Origin: Eledone cirrhosa
Lineage: Eukaryota
Length of the DNA: 64,000 nucleotides
Direction: 5' to 3'
Assembly (NCBI GenBank): GCA_964016885.1
Contig: OZ024740.1
Coordinates: 316,882,001-316,946,000, forward strand
Positions 37,593-51,515 of the stretch are shown here, one piece after another. The notes below the pieces were generated by a model. It searched no databases, was not told the DNA's origin, and saw only the letters and a list, made by a program, of their open reading frames with translations. The position numbers and the translations under genes are program-made. How positions within the stretch are numbered: position 1 is the first letter of the stretch; the number at the start of each line of letters is the position of its first letter.

Positions 37593-38789
37593 AGCACTGT
37601 TGTACGCCCATTGATTAGATATATATAAATGTAATAGCATATAAATTATGTCTGATGCAGACACACACACACATATATATTTGTATATATACACACACAC
37701 TTACATACCACACCACACACAATTCGTCTTCCGAAGTTAGTGAAGCCATTATTAATCCTCCCCGGATGAAGTAACTTGCAAATTCTCCGTAATTCTTGAA
37801 ATGTAATTATACATCTGATGGACACACTCTCTAGAATAGATATATTTGTGTGTGTGTGTGTGAGAGAGAGGTAGATAGACAGGTAGGTTGGCAGGTAGAT
37901 AGATAGGTTGATAGATCGATACGTAGATATATAGGTAGGTAGACAGAAAGATAGACGATAGTGTGGTTATCTGTATATGTGGCTGTGTGTATGTATGTGA
38001 AGATATGGAAATAAGGAAAGGATAATTTACTACAGTACCAATGATTCAATCCACAAGTGTATATTCTTTTTACCATTGCATAAGTACATAGACTCACACA
38101 CGTATATATATATATATATCTATGTGTGGTGTGTTTATGTGTGTGTATATGTGTGTATCTGTGTGTGTGCATACGTGTTTATGTGTATATATATGTATAT
38201 GTGTACGTGTATCTGTTTGCTTATGTGTGTGTGTGCATATGTGTGTTACTGTATCTGTGTATGTGTGCATATGTGTGTGCGTTTATGTCCATGTGTGTGT
38301 CTCGTGATTGTAATGTTGAGAATTTGAATCCCATCAGTGCATTGTGTTCTTGAGCAAGACACTTTATTTCGCCTGTCTTCTCTCCACTGAAGTAAAAAAT
38401 AAGTGTACTCTGCCAGTAAGTCGAAGAACCAATGTAGTCCCACCCTGAAACCCTCCGTTATACGTGTCTATGGAATTCTCAGACACTCTCACCTTAATTT
38501 CAAGCAGTTCCATTTGAGAAACCTAGCTGGAAGAATCCTCGTCGCAAGCGATAGGGTACCATCATACATATTAACACATAGACACACACACACACGTTTC
38601 AAAGAGAATAGAAGAGATCAATAAAATAAGTACTAGATTTTAAAATATATGTACTGGAATTGAGGTCAAGAAAATCCTTTAATCGTGGAACCCCAGCATG
38701 GGCACAGTCTAATGTCTGAAACAAGTGCAGGCCAGAGAATTGTTCTTCCTCCTTCAATCTATGGTTCCGCTCACTTCTACAGTGAGTGC

Positions 38790-40951
38790 TTTCAGAATTC
38801 GATGACTGTGGTTCGACACATGGGATGCCTTGCCATTTACCTGGGGAACAAATGGTTGTGTATGAGCGAGGGCAGGAAGAAAGTATTGTTTCTAAGGGAC
38901 AGCCAATGACTAAGTTGACGGAATATTTTCAACTGAATATTAGAGACCCACTGGTACAAAACATATAATGTATTGATATTCCTAAATATTTCACTTGGAC
39001 AAACAAAAAGTGGTAAAGAAGAAAAAAGGGACATCTGGATGGTGATCAACAATTTATGATGCATTCCAACAGTATCTCTCAGTAGACATCAATCTGAATT
39101 ATATTACCTCAGGATGATTCTACATCACAAGGCTAGGTCAACTTCATACAAAGATTTGAGGACAATTGAAGGAGTTGAATTTCCAACATTCCAAGAAGCA
39201 TGCAGGAAACTTGGTCTGTTAGATGAAGATGGAGAAAAAGATAAAGCTATGGAAGAGGCCTCATCCATTACGCTTGGTCCTCAGCTGCGAGAGATCTTCT
39301 GCACCATTTTATTGTACAGCATGCCAAATGACCCTCTGCAGTTCTGGGAGAAATGGAAGAATTGTCTTGCAGAGGATATCATGCATGAACGTCATGCATT
39401 ACAATGCAGATTGTTCTACAGAAGATCCAACAAAGACTTCAACATGATGGCTTGGATATTCATGCCAACTATGGACTTCCTTGGCCAGACCCAACTATTG
39501 TTGCCATACCAGAAATCAACAGGGTTCTTATGGCAGAAACTGATTTCAATACACACCAACTGCAAGCAAACATAAATGAAATTCTGCCAACATTGAATCC
39601 TGAGCAACTGGTTATTTTTACAAAGTAATCACCTCTGTAAATGAAAATGAAGGCAGAATTTCTGCTTGAATGCAGGTACAGGAAAGACCTATGTCATAAA
39701 CATCCTGTTGGATTATCTGCGATCTAAAAATAAAAATTGCACTTGCACATATCTGGAATAGCAGCCACTTTGCTTTACAAAGGTAGAACTCTTCATTCCA
39801 AGTGCAAGATTCCTCTCAATGTGACTGCTGAATCAACTTGCTTCTTCACAAAGAGGGATGACACAGGTAAACTTATGCAGCAAGCTGACCTGCTAATCAT
39901 TAATGAGATAGGATTGGGACATAAGCATATCTTTGAATGCCTTGACAGGAGCTTCAAAGATGTTCAAGATTGCAAAAAGCCATTTGGTGGTCTAACAGTA
40001 TTACTATCTGGTGACTAGAAGCAAATTCTTCCAGTTGTATGTCATGGTGTTAGACCACAAATAGTTGAGGCAACCATCAAGAGATCCTATCTCTGGGACT
40101 ATGTGGAAACCATGGAGATGACAACCAATCAACAGTTAATTAATGCAGAGGATTCTGATGAAAGGCAGTTTGCAAACTATTTTCTTGATATGGGAAATGG
40201 TAACATTCCAACTGTTCCAACTGTAGGTGCATTCACAATTCTTCTGCCAAATGAACTTTGTGTGGAATATGGTAATGTGTCTGGACTGTGTGATTTTGTG
40301 TATAAAAATCTTCCAGGAAATTACACAAAACCACTATGGCTTGCAAATAGAGCCATTATCACTCCAACAAATGATGCAGCAAGATTGGTGAATGAGTTCA
40401 TGGTCAACAAGTTCCCTGGTCATGAAATAATCTACAGAAGCTCTGATACAGTAGATAATGAACTGCAATATCCAATTGAGTTCATCAACAAACTTACGCC
40501 ATCAGGCTTCCCAACACACATACTTAAACTGAAGAAAGGCAGTTGCATCATGCTTCTGAGAAATCTGGATCCTATAAACGGGCATTGCAATGGTACATGC
40601 TACATCATCACCAGTTTACATAATCATGTAATTGAAGCTGAAGTGGCATTGGGTCCCAATGCTGGATCAAGGTTGCTAATCCCAAGAATACCACATGTAT
40701 CTCAAGAGCTTGAGTTCCCTTTCACCTTTACTTGCAAGCAATTTCCTGTCAAACCAGCCTTTGCCCTTACATGCAACAAGGCACATGGGCAGACATTTGA
40801 AAAGATAGGTGTATATCTACCAACACAATTCTTCTCACATGGTCAGATGTATGTTGCATTATCACGAGTTACAAAAAAAGAAAATATAAAAATATTAAAT
40901 GAAAGGGGTCTGTTTGCTGACAACTGTGTCTACAAAGAAATTCTACAGTGA
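38790..40951 (+). pseudogene. Helitron RepHel, PIF1-like helicase region, with frameshifts and stops
   Basis: Motifs GTGKT, SGIAATLL..GRT.HS, GD*KQILPV, MLLRNLD, CNGT, QFPVKPAFALT.NK.HGQT, FSHGQMYVALSRV. Confidence 0.93.
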
Positions 40952-41344
40952 TGTGAAACAGCTATCACTCTCTTTTAGTTGAAATGCATTTCAGTTTCTT
41001 TTTAACTGCTAGAAAAGGGACACTACAAAAACTTAAGAAGCCTATATGTGAATACAGTAAAACAACAATATAGCGAAGGTCAACTCTTCATATTGGTAAA
41101 TGTAATTCATTCATTCATACCAGCAGCATCTATTTTCAAATTCACTGCTTGAACCTTCCCATCGACATTCTCAAGTGAAGATTCATGAACATTTTCGGTC
41201 AACAGTTTCATTGCTTTTCCATCTCCATTATAGCCTTTTTTTAAAATGTATCATGAATTACTTTACTGATTACAGAAGTAAGTGTAACACAGTCTTTGTT
41301 CAGTTTATGTGCATATTGTCAATTTACATATTATAGAGGCACAT

Positions 41345-41680
41345 GGCACATGGCTTAGTGGTTAGAGCATTGGCCTTGCAATCAAAAGGTTGTGAGTTCA
41401 ATTCTCAGACTGGGTGATGTGTTGTTTCCTTGAGCAAGACACTTTATTTCACATTGCTCCAGTTTACTCAGCTGTAGAAATGAGATGATAGGGACTGGGG
41501 TCCCTATCATTCCACTGTAAAGTGGTCGTGGAGGTGCCACGGCAAAAAAGCACCCAGCACTCACTGTAAATGAGGTTGGTGTTAGGAAGGGCATCCAGCT
41601 GTAGAAATCAAGCCAGAATCGGTTCCCGTCCCACCCTTGCAAGCAGAGAAAAGCGGACGTAAAATGAAATGAATGAAATG
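41345..41680 (+). mobile_element. SINE family 1 inserted in the Helitron 3' region
   Basis: Flanks 41238-41330 and 41680-41735 match 36865-37030. Confidence 0.88.
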
Positions 41681-42310
41681 ATCTATGTGCATATGTATTT
41701 GCGTATATCAATATACACACTATATATGCTAGCATAAATATAATAAACATATATAATAAACATTACACACCAATACACACTATATCATCATCATCATCAT
41801 CAGTATGGGTTAGACAAGTTGTCCTGTTGTGAGATAGGCCAGGTCAGGTGACCATGTCTTGCTCATACAGAACTGATTTTGGCTTAGTTTCTACAGTTGG
41901 ATGCCCTTCCTAACGCCAACCTCATTTACAGTGTGTGTTTGGTGTTTTTTGTTGTGACACCTACACAACCACTTTACAGTGTGGGTTGGGGACTTGCGTG
42001 GAGGAGATGTATGGAAATTGGGGGGGGGGTAGATCTAGGGGCATGGGTGAGGGGTGTGGGTGTTAAGACATGGGTGGAGTGTTACGACCGTGTGGGGTGT
42101 TAGGATGTGGGTGAGTTATGGAAGGGGTAATATATATATATATATACATATATATACAGAGAGAGAGAAAGAGAAAGAGAGAGGAGGAAGGAGAGAGAGA
42201 GAGAGAGAGAGAAAGATTTCTAACAAAGACTCAAGGGTACACATTTTGTGAGATATTGATTCTAGTATTTCACTAACACTTACTTTCTTGAACTAAGAAT
42301 CTAAAGAGAG

Positions 42311-42880
42311 ATGTGTGTGTGTATGTGTGTGTGTATGTGTGTGTATGTGTGTGTATGTGTGTGTGTGTATGTGTGTGTATGTGTGTGTATGTGTGTGTGT
42401 ATGTGTGTGTGTGTGTGTATGTGTGTGTGTATGTGTGTGTATGTGTGTGTGCATGTATGTGTATGTATGTGTGAGTATATGTGTTGGACCTCTATATGTG
42501 TGTGTACATGTATGTGTGTTGGACCTCTATGTGTGTATGTGTATGTGTGTTGGACCTCTATGTGTGTATGTGTATGTATGTTGGACCTCTATATGTGTGT
42601 ATGTGTATGTATGTTGGACCTCTATATGTGTGTATGTGTATGTATGTTGGACCTCTATATGTGTGTATGTGTGTGTGTTTGACCTCTATATGTGTGTATG
42701 TGTGTTGGACCTCTATATGTGTGTATGTGTAATGGACCTCTATATGTGTGTATGTGTATGTGTGTTGGACCTCTATATGTGTGTATGTGGGTATGTGTGT
42801 TGGACCTCTATATGTGTGTTTATGTGTATGTGACCTCTATATGTGTGTTTATGTGTATGTGACCTCTATATGTGTGTTTA
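42311..42880. repeat. (TG)n-derived minisatellite with TTGGACCTCTA core
   Basis: About 13 units visible. Confidence 0.9.
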
Positions 42881-42939
42881 TGCTTTTCACTCACAGTATA
42901 TCCTTTAGCAACATCTATTTGAATTATGGAATGGACCTC

Positions 42940-43455
42940 CATTGATTCTGACGATGAGTGTTTCAGTTGATTTGACTAATAGAACAGCCTGCTTGAGAAA
43001 TTAATGAGCAAGTGGCTGAGCATTCCACAGATGCATGTACCATTAACATAATTTGCTGGGAGATTCAACACAACACAGTGTATGACAAGGTTGGCCCTTT
43101 GAATTGGAGGTACAGTCAATCTAACAGGCTTCCAAACAGTTTCTGTCTACTATTTCCACTTACGTGGCATGGTTTGCTCTAAAGCTACAGTAAAAGACAA
43201 TTGCCCAATATGCAAGTGACTGAGTTTTCCACAGACACGTGTTTCCTTAACGTAGTTCTCAGGGAGATTCAACATAAGAAACATAAGGAGTGACAAGGCT
43301 GGCCCTTTTTATTCCAGGAACAACTCATTTTTACTAACTGAGTGGACTGGAGAAACATCAAATAAGGTGCCTTGCTGAAGGACACAACATACTGCCAAGA
43401 ATTGAACTCCTGACCTTACAGCTCATGCACTAAACTCCCTAACCACTATACCACA
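42940..43455 (-). mobile_element. Older tRNA/CORE-like SINE with partly duplicated body
   Basis: Minus strand TGGTATAGTGGTTAG..GAGTTCAATTC..CCTTCAGCAAGGCACCTT. Confidence 0.6.
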
Positions 43456-43964
43456 CACCTTTACATGGGATGTAATATTCTCTACTGAATCTGGTAACCC
43501 ACTACCAGGCAATATCCAGAATGTGTGTATCTGGTTTAGAATTGTAGCCCCCGCATTGTTATCAAAAGGGTTTATAAGGGTTGGCACCAGAAACAGCATC
43601 ATCATCATCATAATCATCATCGTTTTTGTGTCTGCTTTTCCAAGGTTGGATGGGTCCTTCTCAGCATGGCATCTCTCTGTGCTGAGAAGGACCCATCCAA
43701 CCCATGTAAGCATAGAAAAGCAGACATAAAAACAATGATGATGATGATAATGATGCTGTTTCTGGTGCCATAAAAGATTGTCTTATGAAGGAGTCCATTA
43801 TGAGAATGAAGCCTGTCATGGTGTACTGAAGATTAAACACTTCTTTAGTAGACAAATTGGTTTCAAAACAGTTGTTGTTGTTGTAATCAATATTCAAAAT
43901 AAATTATCTAGTGGTGAAAATTTGCCAATCAATACCTGAGAAAAATGTCTTTCAGAATAAGGCT

Positions 43965-44600
43965 TCTTCTTGTCATGACATATGCACAATGGTTAGAGAG
44001 ACTGATTGAGATTGGTGAGCCAGACTACGGTGTCATTTGTAGTATTATGGATTAACTCCAGGCCACAGGGCAATCCCAAACAACATGCAGCACTGCAGTA
44101 GTAGTAGTGGTGGTATCAGTAGTAGTAGTAATAGTAGTAGTAGTAGTAGTAGTCTTGTCGTATGACATATGCACAATGGTTAAAGAGACATATTGAGATT
44201 GGTGAGTCAGACTACAGCGTCATTTGTAGTATTATGGATTGACTCCAGGCTGCTGGAAAATATCTGAAGGAGCAATCCCGAACAACATGCAGCATTGTCT
44301 AGTCAGGCTCCCCACAGTCACATGCTGGGCTGTCTTTTATTTTCCATCGATGGAGATGATGGGCTGTTCTAGCATTTGTTGTGCAGATCTGATTAAGGGA
44401 CACCCATTGCTTTCTGGGAAGGTCAAAGTTGGCTAGATTAGATATGGGGTTCTGGACGAGGTCTTGGTTGGCAAGGATCTTTGTCACCCTTCCTTCAGAT
44501 CAAAGTTATTATCTTGAAGGGTCTTCATTGATTCCCAGAATGATTTACGTGATTACAAGAAGATTTTCCAGGTCTTCATGGATGGGGAGGTCAGGCTTAG
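43965..44600 (-). mobile_element. Ingi/Vingi-like LINE 3' end, terminus duplicated
   Basis: Translates to LPRKQWVSLNQI...HRWKIKDSPACDCGEPD; (TAC)n tail. Confidence 0.6.
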
Positions 44601-44671
44601 ACTTGCTAAGAATAAGCCTAAAATATATATATATATGAAAACAATGTTTTCACTAAATGAAATAGTTTAAT

Positions 44672-44865
44672 AATAATTGTTTCTACTTTTGACACAAGGC
44701 CATCAATTACCCAGTACATTACTGGTACTTTATTTTATCGACCCCGTAAGGATGAAAGGCAAAGTTAATCTTGGCGGGATTTGAACTCAGATCATAAAGG
44801 GAGGTAACTCTATGCTTCAAAGCATGGTGTCCGACTCTCTACCAATACTGCCAATTCACCGCCCT
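44672..44865 (-). mobile_element. SINE family 2
   Basis: Matches 14886-15077. Confidence 0.85.
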
Positions 44866-44999
44866 TATAGTTTAATAATAATGGGCCGTATAAATATTAT
44901 CTAGTCAAAAAGTTTCATTGAATTCTTCTATTTCATTATTCAAATTCCAACGCCACCTTCTAATCACAGGATGTTTACACACACACACATACTCAATAT

Positions 45000-45039
<40 letters not shown>

Positions 45040-45224
45040 GTGTGTGTGTGTATATATATATATGTGTGTGTATATATATATATATATATAGTCATAGCTG
45101 TCATAGCTGGACCTGATCTTTACTTTTTACTTTTTAAACTCTGCTGTTGGTGATCGAACTTTGTGAAGAAAAATATCTCATGTTGATGTGCAGTCTGAAA
45201 CTGGTGGAGTTTAGTGTCAAAGTA

Positions 45225-46044
<820 letters not shown>

Positions 46045-46244
46045 CCCTATCATTCCACTGTAAAGTGGTCGTGGAGGTGCCACGGCAAAAAAGCACCCAC
46101 CACTCACTGTAAATGAGGTTGGTGTTAGGAAGGGCATCCAGCTGTAAAAATCAAGCCAGAATCAGTTCCCGTCCCACCCTTGCAAGCAGGGAAAAGCGGA
46201 CGTAAAATGAAATGATGATGAAATGATGATGATATATATATATA

Positions 46245-46615
46245 GATCGTGTAGGTGTCACGACAAAAAAACACACAGTCCACGCTGTAATGTGGCCGTG
46301 TAGGCAACACGGTAAAAACCTCCCAGCCCCACACTGTAAATGTGGTTGGTGTTAGGAAGGGCATCCAGCTGTAGAAAACCCGCCAGACAGTCCATGCTGT
46401 AATGTGGCCGTGTAGGCAACACGGTAAAAACCTCCCAGCCCCACACTGTAAATGTGGTTGGTGTTAGGAAGGGCATCCAGCTGTAGAAAACCCGCCAGAC
46501 AGTCCTATGCGAGCAAGACAACCACTCTTGCCTCAAGTGGGAAAACCCCCGTCCAAACCCATGCAAGCGTGGAACACAGACGTTAAACGATGATGATGAT
46601 GATGATGATGATGAT
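46245..46615 (+). mobile_element. Bipartite RTE 5'/3' non-autonomous element with ~110-bp internal duplication
   Basis: GGTGTTAGGAAGGGCATCCAGC occurs twice; RTE-like tail with (GAT)n. Confidence 0.7.
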
Positions 46616-46679
46616 ATATATATATATAGCATGGAAGATGGACGTTAAACGATGATGATGATGATGATGATAATGATAT

Positions 46680-46976
46680 ATATATATAAAACTGAGGATG
46701 TCTGTGTGTGCGTGTGAGTTTGAATCCCTAAAACTCGAGAAACACCCAACCGACTGTTTTCAAACTTTACACATGTAATACTTATGTTTCAGGAAGTGTT
46801 CTGAGCAAAAACATTTCAAATTTTCAATGCCCTAGGGACCGCATTAGGCAATTTAGCGATCTCTCTCTATAATTCTTAGTCTTTCTCTTTTTAGATAGAT
46901 ACATACATATAACGTCGCACCCTTATAATATCTGTCTGTATGTTTGGCTGTCTACATTACGTCACTTCCCTGAGGA

Positions 46977-47014
<38 letters not shown>

Positions 47015-47597
47015 TTTGAATCCCTAAAACTCGAGAAATACCCAACCGACTTTTTTCAAACTTTACATGTGTATTACTTATGTTTCAGGGAGTGTTATGC
47101 AACTTTTTGATCCCCTAGGGCCCGCATTAGGTGAAAAACTGCACTTTTTCAGGTTTTTAAAGGATTATTTGAGGCGTTACGTCAGACCGATTTCCTTGAA
47201 ATTGTAACTATGTATTAGTCAGTCTCTTCTTCATACCGTGAGCAAAGAAAATCAAACTTTTTTATGGCCTAGGGCCCGCATTAGGTGAAAAACTTCATTT
47301 TTTCAGCTTTTTAGGGCTTTTTTGAGGCGTTACGTCTAGCTGATTTTCCCCAAATTTCAAGGCATATTATGCACATAAAAAAAATTCATTTTCTTGATCC
47401 CCTAGGGCCCACATTAGGTGAAAACCTGCACTTTTCCTGCTTCATTTAGTAAAATCTTAAAGATTATCCAGCCATCAGAGTATTCGGTTTATTTTCTTTA
47501 CATATTGTCCAGACATGCAGTTTTTCCACGATTAGGTCTGTTGGTGGCCCGCTTTCCAAAATACCTTATCCTGTGCAACGCCGGGTACCACTGCTAG
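46680..47597 (+). mobile_element. Non-autonomous Helitron, second family
   Basis: TATATATAAAACTGAGG 5' region, internal repeats CCTAGGGCCCGCATTAGG, 3' hairpin CCTGTGCAACGCCGGG, then CTAG|T. Confidence 0.75.
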
Positions 47598-47819
47598 TAT
47601 ATATATATAAGACAGAACCCTGTTCCCATCAGGGAAGTGACTCCATTTGATATTCAGAAAAGGAGAAGCCAGGAACTCTATATGATGTACACAATACAAA
47701 TCTTAGGTACACAAGAGGTGTAGTATGCTCTGCAGGCAGATTAATAGGAAAGGAAGATTTCATAAGAAATAGATGTAGAGAGATAATTGATAGTAAGAGG
47801 ATCAGAGTAATAAACCTTT

Positions 47820-48075
47820 TCCAAGCCTGGATCTGCCCCTTCCATGGGTCCCAGCCATTGGGGTTTCTCTGCATTTCTTTATGCAGCTGCTATCTTCCAT
47901 GTGCATCACATGTCCATACCAATACAGTCTCCTCTCTTGCACCCTACAACCAATTCCTCTTATGCCAAATATTTCTCTCAGTTTGCTAATACTATGTTGT
48001 TCATGCACACTAGCATTGCACATCAATCGGAGCATACTTGACTTATTTCTTACTAGCCTCCCCAGGCCTTCTGTA
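47820..48075 (-). mobile_element. Decayed RTE C-terminal fragment
   Basis: Translates to VQERRLYWYGHVMHMED. Confidence 0.7.
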
Positions 48076-48352
48076 ATCAACACCCATATGTATATATTAG
48101 AAAGTGAGGTTTTTTTTACAAAATGAAAAAAAAACGTAGGACACCTCGGTTCTCCACATTCATCAGTCTCTCATAATGACATTTCCAGGCCTCCTTTATA
48201 TATATATATATATATATATATAAGGAAAAAAGATGAAATCGAAAATGTAACTGGAGTCTTTTTTTTTATAAATATATATTTAAAAAAAAAAAAGACTCCA
48301 GTTACATTTTTGATTTCATCTTTTTTCCTTATATATATATATATATATATAT

Positions 48353-50138
48353 AAAAAGGAGGCCTGGAAATGTCATTATGAGAGACTGATGAATGTGGAG
48401 AACGAATGGGAGAGAGAGAAATTACCCTCAGTAGATCTTACAGAGGGACCAGCTATTGAGATTGACGAATATAGGGTCCAAGAAGCGATTAAGGAAATGA
48501 AAAATGGTAAGGCTGCTGGACCATCGGGAATAGTTGCTGAGATGCTGAAGGCATCAGGGGACGTAGGCACTAAACTGGTTGCACGCATCATCAATCAGGC
48601 TATATATGGTGGTGTCATACCCAAAGACTGGTGCAGCAGTATTCTCATAAATTGCTACAAAGGTACAGGGGATGCTCTGGAGAGGAGCAATTATAGGGGT
48701 ATAAAACTGATGGATCAGGTTATGAAAGTGGCAGAAAGGATATTAGCACAATTAATTAGAGAAAGGGTCAAACTAGATGAGATGCAGTTTGGTTTTGTGC
48801 CTGGGAAGAGTAAAACAGATGCCCTCTTCTTGATGAGACAATTACAAGAGAGGGTCTTAGAGAAAAATAAGCCACTATACTTAGCCTTTGTTGACCTAGA
48901 GAAGGCCTTTGATAGGGTACCCCGATCTGTCATCTGGTGGTCCCTAAGGAAACTAGGTGTTGAGGAATGGCTTGTGAGGACAGTGCAAACTTTGTACAGA
49001 GATACTGTCAGTAAAGTCAGGGTAGGAATGGAGTTTAGTGAGGAATTCCAGATACAAGCAGGAGTACATCAAGGTTCGGTCCTCAGCCCGCTCTTGTTCA
49101 TTATAATCCTCCAAGCCATAACAGAGGAGTTTAAGACTGGCAGTCCATGGGAACTTCTCTATGCTGACGATCTGGTTCTTATAGCAGAATCAGTAGAGGA
49201 GCTAGAGAATATATTCTGGCTATGGAAACAGCAGTTGGAAGCAAGAGGACTGAGAGTGAACGTAGCTAAGACAAAAGTATTGATGAGTATAAAAGAGGAC
49301 AAAACTCTGATTCCGTTAGGGAAATGGCCATATTCGATATACAGAAAAGGAACTGGCATAAATTCTATAAAGTGCACACAATGCAGATCCTGGGTACACA
49401 AGAGATGTTGCGGGATAGCAGGCAAACCAACAGGTAGGGAGAAATATGTATGCAGTAGATGTACCAGGAAATTAGACAGTAGAAGTTGCATTGATAGACA
49501 CATTTTTCAAATGCAGGCGGGTGCTATAGAAGTGGTGGATAGCTTCCGGTACCTAGGAGATCAGATTAGCATGGGAGGGGGGTGTTCCGAGGCCATAGTA
49601 TCTAGAATAAGGACGGGTTGCAAGAAGTTTAGGGAGCTGCTTCCTCTGCTGACGAAGAAGGGTTTCTCTCTGCGTATGAAAGGCCGGTTATATGATGCCT
49701 GTGTGAGGAGTGCGATGCTGCATGGTAGTGAGACATGGGCAGCAACTGCAGAGGATATACAACGGCTGGAGAGAAATGAGGCAAGCATGCTCCGTTGGAT
49801 GTGCAGTGTCAATGTGTGTGAACGACCCAACATGAATGTGTTGAGAGAGAAACTGTGTGTGAGAAGGATAGAATGTAGTGTACGGGGGAGGAGACAGAGG
49901 TGGTATGGACATGTGATGCGCATGGAGGATGACTGATGGTTGAAGAAGTGCCAGGAAATTCCAGTTGAAGGAAGACGTGATAGAGGTAGACAATGAAAAA
50001 CATGGGCGGAGGTGGTGAGAACAGACCTCAGATCGCTGAATCTGACGGTGGAGATGACGAAGGACCGTGACAAGTGGAAAGATGCTGTGCTGAATAAGAC
50101 CCGTCCCACCTTTGCAAGCAGGGAAGAGCGGACGTAAA

Positions 50139-50170
<32 letters not shown>
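48353..50170 (+). mobile_element. 5'-truncated RTE LINE (RT, Cys-rich finger, 3' UTR, (GAT)n tail)
   Basis: ORF 48389-49936 with FVDLEKAFDRV, GVHQGSVLSPLLF, YADD. Near-identical to 62650-64000. Confidence 0.95.
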
Positions 50171-50214
<44 letters not shown>

Positions 50215-50526
50215 CAGATCTTCTTTATAATGGGTCTACCCAGCTTGCAAGTAAGGTTCTGCTCATGAGCAGCGTACGGCGTGGCTAACTGGCCAAACTC
50301 CTCCCATAACGGGACCACCAAGTTCCACACTGTAAACGTGGATGGTGTTAGGAAGGGCATCTAGCTGTAAAAACCTGGCCAAAATACAGTTTCATTTGAG
50401 CTGGGTATAGCACAGTCAACTGGCCAGACTTGCATCATAATGTGGACACTCCGTCTGACCCATGCAAAATTGGAAAATAAGATGTTAAATGATGATGATG
50501 ATGATGATGATGATATATATATATCA

Positions 50527-50590
50527 TCCTGATGATTTCTTTTGAATGAAACAGTTCTAGTCCTGTTGAAGCCATTTCTATATTAAACAT
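50527..50590 (+). ncRNA. Diverged, 5'-clipped hammerhead of the 2838 family
   Basis: CUGAUGA u-UUC-uuuu-GAA-u GAAA CAG-uucuaguc-CUG UU GAAG. The stem II loop changed while the stems are kept. Confidence 0.65.
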
Positions 50591-51515
50591 GATATATATA
50601 TATATATCATCATGGTTTAATGTCTGTTTTTCTATGCCCGCGCTGACACAGGCTCACACACACACACATGCATGCACGCACATGCATACACACCCTCACA
50701 CACACTTTCACATGCACATATATATAGTTTATGTGATATATATATATTTATATATATATAAAACATATGAACTTTAACTCTTTAGGTTTCACATTCGGCT
50801 CTCTAACTCCGTTTCTAGCAATCTTTTGTGTAGAAAAAAACATTGGTGATAGCCTCTTAATCTCTCTTCATCAATCATTTGGATCTGAATCAAAATAACA
50901 AATCTGTATCAAAATGAATAGCTCATATGATATTGACATGTGATAAAAATACTAAAATATGAAGAAGAAACAAAATAAGAAAATATACTTCTTAGCCCTT
51001 TTCAGCTATGTATGATATATAATAAATAGATTGATAGAGAAACACAAATGAAAAACAAAAAATACAAGAAAAACAAAACAAAATAAAACAAAACAAGAAC
51101 TATATTATATGTTGAGTTTTATGTGCTTTTGCCAAAACAATGAACTGTTCTTCTGTATTTTCAGCAGCTTGGCTGTAAAGGATTGTAAATGGTGAGAAAA
51201 GTGACAGCTAGCTGATAGGATACGGTATATCTTCTGATGAAGATAAGTAGAGTATGTATTCTTTCATTCTTTCTAAGTGTCCCTAATGAAAAGGTGGACA
51301 CTTAATGAATGTACAACTGAACAATGTATTGTCAGAAACAAATTTCCCAATTACTTTGTTGGATACAAGCTGCTGGATGATGGCAGAAGTAAGATCTAAA
51401 GCTTTCCATACAATTATGAGATAAATATACAAAGAATGTGCTGTGGTTAGTGTTACTTTTGTTGCAATTGTTATTATTATTAAAGAAACCATTATTATTA
51501 TTATTATTATTATTA

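Noticed and set aside
40103-40951. Cellular PIF1 helicase gene
   Set aside because: Intronless, disrupted by frameshifts and stops, and followed by Helitron subterminal sequence.
51150-51200. Possible short host exon (TTTTCAG|...AATG|GTGAGA)
   Set aside because: Splice-like signals only, with no recognisable protein or partner exons.
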